A stretch of DNA of 64,000 bases from Bacteroidota bacterium (GTDB taxonomy: Bacteria > Bacteroidota > Bacteroidia > Chitinophagales > Saprospiraceae): assembly GCA_041160955.1 (NCBI GenBank), contig JBEAVK010000445.1, forward strand, positions 3,182-67,181, written 5' to 3'. The notes beneath the pieces are model-generated. The model searched no databases and was not told the origin of the DNA. It saw only the letters and a list, made by a program, of their open reading frames with translations. Below, one piece after another: positions 17,879-27,322 of this stretch (position 1 is the first letter of the stretch; the number at the start of each line of letters is the position of its first letter). The position numbers and the translations under genes are program-made.

Positions 17879-17915
17879 GAAGGGTCGATTAGTAATAATA
17901 AGTAACTATCAAGTT

Positions 17916-18130
17916 GCCTAAATAATTCCCTTAGGGAATATATGTTTATAGGCTGAATTTGCCCTAAATAATTCCCGTAGGGAATATATGTTTATAGGCT
18001 GAATAGGGGCGCGCGTCCAAATCCCGTAGGGATTTTATGTAAAAAACGCATAAAAAAACATACATTCCCTACGGGAATTGGGCTAGTTTTTCATTCAACC
18101 TATAAACATACATTCCCTATGGTAATTTGG
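17916..18130. repeat. cluster of five copies of a ~43-bp hairpin-containing intergenic repeat (REP/MITE-like)
   Basis: Two direct full copies: GCC(C)TAAATAATTCCC(T/G)TAGGGAATATATGTTTATAGGCTGAAT at 17916-17958 and 17961-18004. One degenerate forward copy at 18015-18040. One partial inverted copy at 18057-18083. One full inverted copy at 18093-18130. The core ATTCCCGTAGGGAAT is itself a hairpin. Confidence 0.75.
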
Positions 18131-18234
18131 ACAGTGGCTGGATAAATAGAATATTACTATCGTGCAAAAGAACTTCATTCTAAAAGAGTATTTCTTTTTT
18201 TTCGATGAAGTATCTATGTTTATCTACTTAGGTG

Positions 18235-18270
18235 GAAAAAAAATAAGCTATTGCGCAGTGCAATAGCTTA
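18235..18270 (-). terminator. rho-independent terminator of the gld operon
   Basis: Stem taagctattgc (18244-18254) / gcaatagctta (18260-18270), loop gcagt. The hairpin is followed on the - strand by a T-run (A-run 18236-18243 on the + strand). It is 36 nt downstream of the gldN stop. Confidence 0.7.
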
Positions 18271-18305
18271 TTTAATACTAAAAGAAATCTAGTGTTTGGT
18301 GCGTA

Positions 18306-19187
18306 TTAATACTGCCACAAATCATGTTCGAAGTTGAAAATCTCATTTTTGATCTTTTCAGACTCCATTAGAAGGTCAACACCTGTAAGGTATTCTTCTA
18401 ATTTGCGGTCATACACGTTTGATTCTTTATAGATATAAGACGCGAAATGGCGCTGCTCCAATTGGTCTTCCCAAGAGATCGTAGCGTTGGTATTACCGCC
18501 CATAGTGAATACCCTGTGGCGCGCAAAAAGTTCGCGTGCTTGTGGGTAATACACCCAAAATAATGGGCGCTCGAAGCGGAAATTACCTTGTTCGTCTTTT
18601 ACGTCGATCAAAGGCGCAATACCCATGATACGTACGTTCATGGTAGAAGTTTCTTTATCAAAAAACCAAATTTCTTTGATCCGGAAACGCTTTACATCTT
18701 CCCAGTTGATGTCATTACGAACGATCTGAGTCTTTTCTTCGTAAGTTTCGGGGTCGAAAGTGATAACGGTGTCTGTTTTAGACAACATTCCAAGTACGTC
18801 AGTAGTACTTAAGCGTTTGGTAAATTTATCATCTTCGGTGCTATACACGGGCATTTCGCCTTTAGTAGCGGCATCAGAGATAATTTTGAAAAACGGCTCT
18901 TCTGGATATGCAAAGGGAAGGTTCATCTTTTCACGAATGTCGATGATACGCCATACGCGTTTTTCCCAAAAAATATCGCTTTCGCGAATCGGTTGATAAG
19001 CCAATACCTTGCGTTGCGTCATGATATCCTTTTTAACAACATCGTCAATAGGCATATCACCTGGAGCAATTACTGGACCTGTTTCGGTTTGTTCTACTTC
19101 TACCTCTTCAGGGTCTTGAGCCATTACTGCCAAGGGTGCTGTTGCTAAAAGGAAGCAGAGGCAAGTCCATTTGAAAAAATTTTGCAT
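18306..19187 (-). CDS. gldN: gliding motility / T9SS periplasmic ring protein GldN (PorN)
   Basis: Last gene of the K-L-M-N series. GldN blocks are as listed for the paralogue. I prefer ATG 19187 (MQNFFKWTCLCFLLATAPLAVMAQ signal peptide) over the track start at 19244. Confidence 0.85.
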   Translation of the reverse strand: MQNFFKWTCLCFLLATAPLAVMAQDPEEVEVEQTETGPVIAPGDMPIDDVVKKDIMTQRKVLAYQPIRESDIFWEKRVWRIIDIREKMNLPFAYPEEPFFKIISDAATKGEMPVYSTEDDKFTKRLSTTDVLGMLSKTDTVITFDPETYEEKTQIVRNDINWEDVKRFRIKEIWFFDKETSTMNVRIMGIAPLIDVKDEQGNFRFERPLFWVYYPQARELFARHRVFTMGGNTNATISWEDQLEQRHFASYIYKESNVYDRKLEEYLTGVDLLMESEKIKNEIFNFEHDLWQY

Positions 19188-19300
19188 CTCGCTAAATAGT
19201 TTAATTAGATAATGTTTAAGCAATTTCGATTGTATTGTTGGCATTCAGGCAATAAACATCCTTCGGAAAGTAAATCTATTGTTGTTTGCGCTTAAACTGC

Positions 19301-19337
19301 TAAAAGTTGTGCTAGGGTATTCCCGGCACAACTTTTA
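19301..19337 (-). other. intercistronic hairpin between gldM and gldN
   Basis: 12-bp perfect stem taaaagttgtgc (19301-19312) / gcacaactttta (19326-19337) with a 13-nt loop. No T-run follows on the - strand, so it is more likely an mRNA-structure element than a terminator. Confidence 0.4.
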
Positions 19338-19353
19338 ACAAATTTATTTTGGA

Positions 19354-20886
19354 TTATTTTATTTTAAATGAAAGTGCACCTAGGTTACGTGGGCCAGTAT
19401 CGCCGGGGCATTTCGCCTTCACGTTATCAAAGAAGTATTGATCCCCAGGGCCAGCCTGATTAACCATACTTTGTACCTTTTCGTTAAAACGGGCACCAGC
19501 ATTGGCAATTTCAGGAGATGGATCTTGACGCTTTTTCAAATAAGTGGCTTCAAAGCCTGCTACTTCGCAACGCACATCAAAATCAAAGTTTTCCAAAACA
19601 GCTGCAATACCGGATTGCGCTTTGAATTCACCGTTACCCATTGCTTTTGAACGGTGCTTAGCACCCAACAAAGGAGTTGGATCGGGAATACGCTTTACGC
19701 GGTATTTGAATGTTTGAGAAGCACCACCACCAGAAACGGTCAAAGTTGCTTCGCCAGGTGTAGCCACCTTAACGGTAAACTTACCACCGCCACCAGCGCT
19801 AGAAACTGTAATACCTGCACCAGATCCTGTTACTTTTACCTCATTTGAAGATACACCAGCCGCTGAAACAGAGATAGGGTTATCTACACCGATATAAAAT
19901 ACGTTCATCTTATCCAAAGAAATAGCAACTGAACGTTGACCAACTTCATAAGAATATTCTTTGCGTACAGACTCTACTTTACCTGTTGCAGGATTCTTAA
20001 CATTGATAGTTACAGCATATTTTTTCTCTCCAATAGAGCCCGGTTTAGTAGTATAAGTACCTACACCGTCTTTCAAAGAAACATTTTGGCCATCAACATT
20101 AATGGATACATTATCTGATTTCGTGCTAAATGCACTCATGAATACTTCTGCTTCAAAAGTTTCACCCAAGATCACATAATTCTTCTTTGGGTTTGCTCCT
20201 GGAACAAATTTATCAAACTTGATATCATCTCCTTGAACCTTTGTTGCACAATAGTTTAATGCAGCAGTGGTAGAACTTTTAGCATCGCTCTGGATTTTTC
20301 CTAAAAGAGGGAAAACTGCAGATACAGGCATTTGCTTGAATTTGTATTCAGGCCAAGTTTTTGCTTTAGTTCCAGCAGGTAATTCTTCAATAGCTAAAGA
20401 CAATGCTGCTACTGTAGTAGGGTCATTATCAACTAATTTGATAATTTCATCGCGAGTAGATAATATCTTAGCCATGATTTCATCACCCTTTTTATCGTTC
20501 ACAAACCACTTTGTAGTGAGGTCTTTGTTACGGATATCCTTAGGTTGACCAGGTATTTTTGGATCTGGCCCCCCTGCTTTGGCCGTTAATTCTGTGCGAA
20601 TTTCTTCGATATAAGTCACAAAATCATTGGTCAACTGAGAGACTTTAACAGCGCGGTTTTTATAATCCTCTGCTATTGCACTGGGATAATCCTTCGCTCC
20701 TTTTTCAATAGCAGCTGTAAGTGCTACGTTATTTTTATCAACAATATCGCGGCTCACTTTCATACCTCTATCCAAAGAGAAGAAAGCATTCATAACCTCA
20801 GCAGATACGTTGAGGGCCAGCAGCGCGGTCAGTACCAGATACATCAGGTTGATCATCAACTGCCGCGGCTCCTTTGGTATTGACAT
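19354..20886 (-). CDS. gldM: gliding motility / T9SS motor-associated protein GldM (PorM)
   Basis: N-terminus PRQLMINLMYLVLTALLALNVSAEV is the conserved GldM TM helix motif. 510 aa. Sits between gldL and gldN. Confidence 0.9.
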   Translation of the reverse strand: MSIPKEPRQLMINLMYLVLTALLALNVSAEVMNAFFSLDRGMKVSRDIVDKNNVALTAAIEKGAKDYPSAIAEDYKNRAVKVSQLTNDFVTYIEEIRTELTAKAGGPDPKIPGQPKDIRNKDLTTKWFVNDKKGDEIMAKILSTRDEIIKLVDNDPTTVAALSLAIEELPAGTKAKTWPEYKFKQMPVSAVFPLLGKIQSDAKSSTTAALNYCATKVQGDDIKFDKFVPGANPKKNYVILGETFEAEVFMSAFSTKSDNVSINVDGQNVSLKDGVGTYTTKPGSIGEKKYAVTINVKNPATGKVESVRKEYSYEVGQRSVAISLDKMNVFYIGVDNPISVSAAGVSSNEVKVTGSGAGITVSSAGGGGKFTVKVATPGEATLTVSGGGASQTFKYRVKRIPDPTPLLGAKHRSKAMGNGEFKAQSGIAAVLENFDFDVRCEVAGFEATYLKKRQDPSPEIANAGARFNEKVQSMVNQAGPGDQYFFDNVKAKCPGDTGPRNLGALSFKIK

Positions 20887-20975
20887 AGTTCGTTATTTTT
20901 AAAATTTGAATATTAATTTTTTCTGTTCGGGACAATCAAATGTTTGATTATCAAAAAATTGCAACAAATGTCAAA

Positions 20976-21572
20976 TTATTGACGACCTATGTTCGACATA
21001 GCAGTAAGCATATTACCGTACACCGAGTTCAAAGAACCAAGGTTTTTGTTCAACGCGCTCATTTGATCTTTGTAAGCCTTTACGTCTTCCGCAGATTTAG
21101 CCATGTCCGACATTGCTTCGTTCATCTTGGTGTAGAAATTGCTCATTGATTTGATCTGGTCTTGTGTACCAGAGAAATCAACTTCTTGCAAGGATTTCAA
21201 CGCGCCCATGCTTTTTGACAATGATTGCAATTCGGTTAACATACCACCTAATTGACGTTCAACAACATCACCATGTAATGGCTGGAACTCTTGTAAGTTC
21301 AATTGTTGGCCACCAGCAGAGAGTGGTTGAAGGCGTGCATCATAGTCGGCAAGACCTGGATACAATTTGTCCCAATAGTAATCCGGATCTGGTCCGAGAA
21401 TACCTAATAAAAGGAAGATGAAAATTTCAATGCCCATACCTAGGATAAGCATTTCGGAGGCACCCTCCCAAGATTCGAGTTTGAAAAGCGCACCTGCAAG
21501 AACGAAGGCGGCACCAACACCGATCAACAAGTTTTTGAGGTACTTGAAACCTTTTGATTTGACGAAACTCAT
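20976..21572 (-). CDS. gldL: gliding motility / T9SS motor protein GldL (PorL)
   Basis: 198 aa. Two N-terminal TM helices (GVGAAFVLAGALFKL..., ILGMGIEIFIFLLLGI) followed by a cytoplasmic coiled region. Position matches the operon order. Confidence 0.9.
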   Translation of the reverse strand: MSFVKSKGFKYLKNLLIGVGAAFVLAGALFKLESWEGASEMLILGMGIEIFIFLLLGILGPDPDYYWDKLYPGLADYDARLQPLSAGGQQLNLQEFQPLHGDVVERQLGGMLTELQSLSKSMGALKSLQEVDFSGTQDQIKSMSNFYTKMNEAMSDMAKSAEDVKAYKDQMSALNKNLGSLNSVYGNMLTAMSNIGRQ

Positions 21573-21691
21573 TTTTGATGATACTTTTTTAGCAGTTTGA
21601 AAACTGGGTTAAAACCAAAAAAATAATTAAACTGATTGTAAATTTGCTTGAATCAAATGCGAAATCTGAATCTCACACCTGTAAAACGCTG

Positions 21692-21699
21692 CAAAGGTA
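21692..21699 (-). promoter_or_regulatory. candidate internal -7 promoter box upstream of gldL
   Basis: CAAAGGTA on the + strand equals TACCTTTG on the - strand (TAnnTTTG). About 120 nt upstream of the gldL ATG, within the 413-nt gldK-gldL spacer. Confidence 0.35.
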
Positions 21700-21857
21700 A
21701 AAATATGTTTTAATTGTTAAGAAATTTTTAGCGAAATGTAAACAAATTTCAAATGAACAACCATTTGTAAATGTTAAACGTTCAATTATACCATACTAAA
21801 ACTTTGCAACACACTTGTATAGTACGCAAATAATGCGTGTTTTATACTTTAAAATGG

Positions 21858-21961
21858 AGCGGTTGAGGGGTTGAACAGTAGGCACGTTAAATATTAGATT
21901 GCTGAATGAACATCCATTAATATTTAAGTATTGATCCTATGATTTCAACCGCTCAACCGCT
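21858..21961 (-). other. ~104-nt long imperfect hairpin just downstream of gldK
   Basis: Outer arms agcggttgaggggttgaa (21858-21875) / ttcaaccgctcaaccgct (21944-21961) pair at 17 of 18 positions. Inner arms ttaaatatta (21887-21896) / taatatttaa (21918-21927) pair at 10 of 10. Confidence 0.5.
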
Positions 21962-21985
21962 TTAATTAATATTTAATTTGAAAAA

Positions 21986-23239
21986 CTAGAAATCGTTGAT
22001 AGAACGACCTAAGAAGGTCAAAACGCAACGGAATCCTACATAACATTTTGTAGTGTCTTGGTATTCCCAAGAGCGTGTGCCTGTTTGCAAGAAAAAGGCA
22101 ACATCTTTCCAAGAACCACCACGAATCACCTTGCGCTTTGCAGTAATAGGATCTTCGTCTTTTGCGTCGTAGCGTACATCAGGGTTTAGGTCGTGCATGA
22201 ATGAATAAGCATTCTCGAAGTATGCAGTCTCTGTCCACTCAGATACGTTACCGGCCATACAGAACAAGCCGTAATCGTTAGGGAAATACTTGTCCACTGG
22301 AACTGTGTACAAGCCACCATCTTCTGGGTAATTACCACGTCCTGGCTTAAAGTTGGCCAAAAGGCAACCTTTAGAGTTACGTGTGTAATAAGCACCCCAA
22401 GGATATGGTGCAAGTTCGCGGCCACCGCGAGAAGCCCATTCCCATTCGTGTTCTGTTGGTAAACGGAAATCTTCTGATGTAGGCTCACCGTCTTTGTACA
22501 TATTCCAAAGTTTGGTACGCCAATAGCAGAAAGCCTTTGCCATTTTCCAGTTTACACCTACTACAGGATACTCGTCGAAGGCTGGATGCCAGAAATAGTT
22601 ACGCGTCATCGGCTCATTATAAGAATAAGCATAGTCACGTACCCAAGCCAAAGAGTCTGGGTAGATTTTTACTTTTTCCTTATGAATGTGGGATGTACGG
22701 TTACTGTTGCGGTCGTGAGCGGCGCGTTGCCAATCATACCACTGCATTTCGAACACCATTTTAGATACATCCAATTCCTTACGACCAGCGAAACTTTCGT
22801 TGCCTTGGTAGTAGAGGTCTTGAAGTTCCTCTGCGCTTTCTTCCCAATCAATCTCCTGTTCCCAGTCAATCAATTGTTTTTCTGCGCTGCCGTCGCCTTC
22901 ATCCTCCAAATAGTGTTGGAGGGCTTCGTGCGCCAAGGAGTCACGCACCCATTCCGTGAATTGGCGGTACTCGTTGTTGGTGATTTCGGTTTCGTCCATA
23001 AAGAATCCCTGAATAGAGATCGCCTTTGGTCGTGAAACTTGTTGTTTACTTACATCTTCGTCACCTGCGCCGATGTGAAGTGTGCCTGACGGAATATATA
23101 GCATTCCGTAGGGATTAATGCCTCTCCATTTAGGACGGTCTAAGGCTCCTACAAGTTGGCCGCCTTCGCTGCGACCACATGATGAAAGAACAGCCGCCAA
23201 TAAGCTGAGAAACAAGAGCGATTTTTGTAGTTGTAGCAT
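21986..23239 (-). CDS. gldK: gliding motility / T9SS lipoprotein GldK (PorK), FGE-sulfatase/SUMF1 fold
   Basis: Lipoprotein signal MLQLQKSLLFLSLLAAVLSSC from ATG 23239 (the track start at 23248 is GTG). The C-terminal RGGSWKD...YVGFRCV is typical of the SUMF1-like GldK family. Confidence 0.9.
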   Translation of the reverse strand: MLQLQKSLLFLSLLAAVLSSCGRSEGGQLVGALDRPKWRGINPYGMLYIPSGTLHIGAGDEDVSKQQVSRPKAISIQGFFMDETEITNNEYRQFTEWVRDSLAHEALQHYLEDEGDGSAEKQLIDWEQEIDWEESAEELQDLYYQGNESFAGRKELDVSKMVFEMQWYDWQRAAHDRNSNRTSHIHKEKVKIYPDSLAWVRDYAYSYNEPMTRNYFWHPAFDEYPVVGVNWKMAKAFCYWRTKLWNMYKDGEPTSEDFRLPTEHEWEWASRGGRELAPYPWGAYYTRNSKGCLLANFKPGRGNYPEDGGLYTVPVDKYFPNDYGLFCMAGNVSEWTETAYFENAYSFMHDLNPDVRYDAKDEDPITAKRKVIRGGSWKDVAFFLQTGTRSWEYQDTTKCYVGFRCVLTFLGRSINDF

Positions 23240-23528
23240 ATTTAACACCCGTGTGATTTACCTACTTTTTTTGTACGTATTAGAAAAACAGCCGTAAAGG
23301 TAGTTGATTAAATACAATCCAAACAAACGATATTGAAAAAAAATGTTCGGAAGGTTCTAAATGGTTAAAAGAGCGGCACATTAACGCATTAGAATTGTAC
23401 TTTGGTATTGCTTTGTTAAAATTTTAACACTTAGGTTTGGTTTTGGCCAAAATATGCCAAAATATCAGCGATTTCGACTAAAAAAACGGGTATGAAGTCA
23501 CTTGCAGACCTTCTATCCTGCTGAATTT

Positions 23529-24506
23529 TTAGTTCAAAAAACGCGGATTGTATATAATTGGCGGTAATTTTCCTACCCCAAGTGGTTTGTTAAAATTATA
23601 GCGCAACATCAATTCATGGCTACCTCTATTGGTATTTTGTAACCCGGACATGGGTATATCGTATGCATACACTACGGTTGTCTTCTCATTCACAGCCAAT
23701 CCGGCCATGATTACAACGGCATCTGTGCTGCGGGCGGAGAAGCCCCTGTAGGATACTCCGGCGATGAACTTGTCTTTCCATACTGCCATAGTTGCCAATT
23801 CTGCTTGTGTTTCCACAAGATCTGATTTGAGGAGTACGCCCGGTGTGAGCGCGAGGTAGTCCCCAAATTTGAATTGATATTTGCCATGTAGTACATAGTG
23901 ACGTTCTGGTTGCAGGTTGAATCGCCCGGGCGATCGCTCCTTTATAATAGGTGCAAACACTGGTAAAGATGCTGCACCGATTAATAATTTTTCTGTGGAA
24001 AAAGAAATACCGAATTCAAAAACGGGTATTCCTACGCTTATTTTGCCCACTGGCAGGTAAAGGTCGTTGTGCTGTAGGCCGTTGTTATCGTAATCGCCCT
24101 GTGGTGTACGCAGTTTGCTACCATCCAGTAAGTATTGTTGATAACCTACACCGCCTCCGATAGATAGTAGTCCATTTTTGCTTATTTCTTGCTGGTAATT
24201 ATAACTCAGCATGGCTTGTGATGTGCGGTGCGGCCCTATGGCATCATTTTCGAAACGTATGCCTACTCCGCTATTAATAATATAAATGGGCAAATGCGCA
24301 TTTACTTGCTGGGTAACTGGTGCTCCATTCAAGTCGATCCATTGCTGGCGATATACGCCGTTGACTACCAAGGATTGTTCTAGTCCAGCGCATGCTGGAT
24401 TATAGCCATAAGGATTGAGTAGCCATGCGCTGTATTGGGGGAGTTGCTGGGCAGATAGCGTGTATGCCGTGGAAATTAATAGTAGTGCTGTGGAAAACTT
24501 ATTCAT
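23529..24506 (-). CDS. porP: PorP/SprF-family T9SS outer-membrane protein
   Basis: The N-terminus AQQLPQYSAWLLNPYGYNPACAG matches the family signature. 325 aa with a beta-barrel-like composition. Located upstream of gldK, as in porP-porKLMN operons. Confidence 0.85.
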   Translation of the reverse strand: MNKFSTALLLISTAYTLSAQQLPQYSAWLLNPYGYNPACAGLEQSLVVNGVYRQQWIDLNGAPVTQQVNAHLPIYIINSGVGIRFENDAIGPHRTSQAMLSYNYQQEISKNGLLSIGGGVGYQQYLLDGSKLRTPQGDYDNNGLQHNDLYLPVGKISVGIPVFEFGISFSTEKLLIGAASLPVFAPIIKERSPGRFNLQPERHYVLHGKYQFKFGDYLALTPGVLLKSDLVETQAELATMAVWKDKFIAGVSYRGFSARSTDAVVIMAGLAVNEKTTVVYAYDIPMSGLQNTNRGSHELMLRYNFNKPLGVGKLPPIIYNPRFLN

Positions 24507-24552
24507 AACTGATATTATAATTCTGTTGGGAACTATCTTGATTTTTACAAGG

Positions 24553-24560
24553 CAAAGATA
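24553..24560 (-). promoter_or_regulatory. candidate -7 promoter box for porP/sprF
   Basis: CAAAGATA on the + strand equals TATCTTTG on the - strand (TAnnTTTG), 46 nt upstream of ATG 24506. Confidence 0.4.
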
Positions 24561-24926
24561 GGAAAAAAAGGCAGAGGAACTAGTAAATAATTACTTGTCA
24601 TTTTTCTTTGGGTGCGTCTTCCTCCTCTTTTTACTTAAAACGCTATCACTAGTTAGCGCACTTAACAAACAAATACTTTGAAATTATTGATGCTTTGCTT
24701 TTGGATGCACTGTATAGTATGTTTCTTAGCGCAAAAGCGTAGGGTGGTCGCTTCGCTCTTTTTTGAGTTCACAAAAGGCATGGGGTGGACTTTTGTGGTA
24801 GATCAAAGTGTACGCTATCGTGGTCAGAAATACAGTTCACTCCCTAGTTCCTGCACTTGGGTCAAAGTGAGTCGTATATATAATTGGTAGCATCCCACCT
24901 TTGTCGTATCATATTTCGGCTCTGTG

Positions 24927-24978
24927 GGTTTTATGCATAAAAATCGTATGGCATTCCTATACATCTATGCATAAAACC
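24927..24978 (+). promoter_or_regulatory. 13-bp perfect inverted repeat upstream of the TonB-dependent receptor
   Basis: ggttttatgcata (24927-24939) and tatgcataaaacc (24966-24978) are separated by 26 nt. The element ends 36 nt before ATG 25015. Confidence 0.35.
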
Positions 24979-25014
24979 TAACGCCGCTCAGTATTAAAAA
25001 AAAATCAGTAAATT

Positions 25015-27195
25015 ATGCGACAAATTGTGCTTCTTTTATCTATATTTATACTTGTGCCGTATATTTTTTATGCGCAAACTACTATTTCAGGCAAAGTAAC
25101 TACCCTGCAAAATGAAATACTCCCCGGTGCTAGTGTTTCCCTTGAGGGCAGTTACGATGGGGCTACTACCGATACAGCAGGTATGTTTTCTTTTGTAACC
25201 ACCGAAAAAGATAAACAACAATTATTGGTGCTTTTTATGGGCTGTGATACTTTTCGCCAAATATTGATGGTTACGGGCCAAACATTGGTGGTTTACCCCA
25301 AATTAAAAGAGCAAAAGAACCAATTGGGTGAAGTAGTCGTTTCCGCAGGTACTTTTGAAGCCACGAGTGATCGTCGGCGCGCCGCTGTTTTGTCTTCGTT
25401 GGATATTGCACTGACGGCCAGCGCATCTGCCGATATTGCTGGGGCTATAACGATGCTGCCCGGCACAACTCGCAATGGCGAAACCGGCCAGATCCTGGTG
25501 CGTGGTGGTGCGGGATACGAAACCCGTACTTTTATGGATGGCCTTTTGGTACAAAATCCTTACAATAGCACAGTGGGTAATTTGCCAGCACGCAACCGTT
25601 TTTCACCTTTTTTATTCAAAGGGACTATGTTTTCAACGGGTGGGTATTCCGCAGAATATGGCCAGGCCATGTCGTCTGCTTTGATCCTGAATACAGAAGA
25701 TTTAGCCCCAAAAACAATGACAGGGATTACCTTGCTTTCGGTCGGTGGCGCGTTGTCGCATACCAAGCGTTGGGAAAATACCAGTGTTTCGGGTACGGTG
25801 AGTTATAATAACTTGAGTCCTTATTTTGCATTAGTACCGCAACGCAATGATTGGGTTAAAGCACCTCAATCTGGTTCTGGTGAATTTGTTTTTCGCCATA
25901 AAACAAATGATAATGGCGGCATGCTCAAGGTTTATACCAATATAAATAGATCATTGATGAAAATGAACTATCCCGATGAGACCGAGACTGGGCGTACCAA
26001 TCCATTGGAATTAAATGCCGAAAATATTTATACCAATGTTTCCTACCGCGATATGGTGGGGCAGCACTGGACTTTATTTGCGGGTGTTGCTCATACTTAT
26101 AATAATGACGAGGTGTGGAGTACATTCAAAAACCGTCAGGCACAGCAATCTGTACAAGCACGGGCTACATTGTCGCGTTCGATCAACCATACTTTTAAAA
26201 TAAAATTTGGAGGTGAGGCATATAAAAGTCATTTTAACGAAGGTTTTACACCCGAAAATGGTGCTACGTTAAAGAATATACTGAACGATCATTATGCGGC
26301 CAGTTTTGTGGAAAGTGATATTTTTATAAGTAAAAAATGGGTGGCGCGTGTGGGGGGGCGTGCCGAATACGCCTCTTTATTAGATCGTTTCAATGTTGCA
26401 CCACGTGCTTCTATGGCGTATGTATTGGGTAAAAGAGAGCAGATTTCTATGTCTTTCGGTCGTTTTTTTCAAACCCCAGAATATACCCAAATGCGCCAAA
26501 CAACAGACCTAACTTTTGAAAATGCGACTCACCTCATGCTCAATTACCAATGTATGCGCAATGGTTATATTTTTAGAGCAGAAGTATATCAAAAATGGTA
26601 CGATAATTTGACAAAAAACAATATGAAAACAGGTTTGCCCAACAATGCTGGGAATGGTTATGCGCGCGGTTTGGATTTGTTTTTACGGGATAATAAAAAC
26701 ATCAAAAATGGCGATTACTGGGTTTCTTATTCTTATTTGGATACCCAACGCGATTGGCGCGATTTCCCTCAGCAGGCTACGCCTAATTTTGCGATGAAGC
26801 ATAGTTTTTCAGTAGTGTATAAGCAATTTTTTCCAAAATTGAATACGGCATTGAGCACTTCTTATGCCTTTAATTCGGGTCGTCCTTACTACGATCCTAA
26901 CCTTGAAACCGATCAGTTTATGACCTCGCGCACGCCTGCGTACCATGATTTGAGTATTGCAGTGACGTATTTAACTAATATTGCAGGGCATTTTACGATC
27001 TTTTACTTGAGTGTACAGAACGTGCCGGGGTTTAGCCAAATATTTGGTTATCAATACAATAATACACCTGATGATAATGGTCGTTTTACTGGTCGCGCCA
27101 TTACGCCCCCTGCAAAACGCTTTGGTGTATTGGCGGTTATTATGTCAATTGGCCAAAAATATAAGAAGGAGGAAACGACTTCGGATGATTATTAA
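25015..27195 (+). CDS. TonB-dependent outer-membrane receptor with N-terminal carboxypeptidase-regulatory-like domain
   Basis: Signal peptide, then TISGKVTTLQNEILPGASVSLEGSYDGATTDTAGMFSF (CarboxypepD_reg-like). A plug region follows (VVVSAGTFEA...LPGTT...). The rest is a long beta-barrel, 726 aa in total. Confidence 0.8.
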   Translation: MRQIVLLLSIFILVPYIFYAQTTISGKVTTLQNEILPGASVSLEGSYDGATTDTAGMFSFVTTEKDKQQLLVLFMGCDTFRQILMVTGQTLVVYPKLKEQKNQLGEVVVSAGTFEATSDRRRAAVLSSLDIALTASASADIAGAITMLPGTTRNGETGQILVRGGAGYETRTFMDGLLVQNPYNSTVGNLPARNRFSPFLFKGTMFSTGGYSAEYGQAMSSALILNTEDLAPKTMTGITLLSVGGALSHTKRWENTSVSGTVSYNNLSPYFALVPQRNDWVKAPQSGSGEFVFRHKTNDNGGMLKVYTNINRSLMKMNYPDETETGRTNPLELNAENIYTNVSYRDMVGQHWTLFAGVAHTYNNDEVWSTFKNRQAQQSVQARATLSRSINHTFKIKFGGEAYKSHFNEGFTPENGATLKNILNDHYAASFVESDIFISKKWVARVGGRAEYASLLDRFNVAPRASMAYVLGKREQISMSFGRFFQTPEYTQMRQTTDLTFENATHLMLNYQCMRNGYIFRAEVYQKWYDNLTKNNMKTGLPNNAGNGYARGLDLFLRDNKNIKNGDYWVSYSYLDTQRDWRDFPQQATPNFAMKHSFSVVYKQFFPKLNTALSTSYAFNSGRPYYDPNLETDQFMTSRTPAYHDLSIAVTYLTNIAGHFTIFYLSVQNVPGFSQIFGYQYNNTPDDNGRFTGRAITPPAKRFGVLAVIMSIGQKYKKEETTSDDY

Positions 27196-27200
27196 ACAAG

Positions 27201-27234
27201 AAAAAAAGCCACCCCATGCTCATTGGGGTGGCTT
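27201..27234 (-). terminator. rho-independent terminator (T-run on the minus strand) between convergent genes
   Basis: Stem agccacccca (27207-27216) / tggggtggct (27224-27233), 7-nt loop. The A-run 27201-27207 on the + strand is a T-run after the hairpin on the - strand. Confidence 0.65.
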
Positions 27235-27322
27235 AAACTTCACAACTTCTACTGTTTGTTTTAGGAAGGATTAAACAATAACTTATCATTTGCTCGTTCC
27301 TGTATCTGGTCAAATAGGATCC

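Noticed and set aside
24507-25014. Riboswitch (cobalamin or TPP) in the long leader of the TonB-dependent receptor. The 70-aa track ORF 24678-24890 lies in the same region.
   Set aside because: I could not find a B12-box-like GCCACTG context or the TPP CTGAGA/ACCTGA elements. The ORF has no protein-like features. The region is left unannotated apart from the inverted repeat, and an Infernal scan would settle it.
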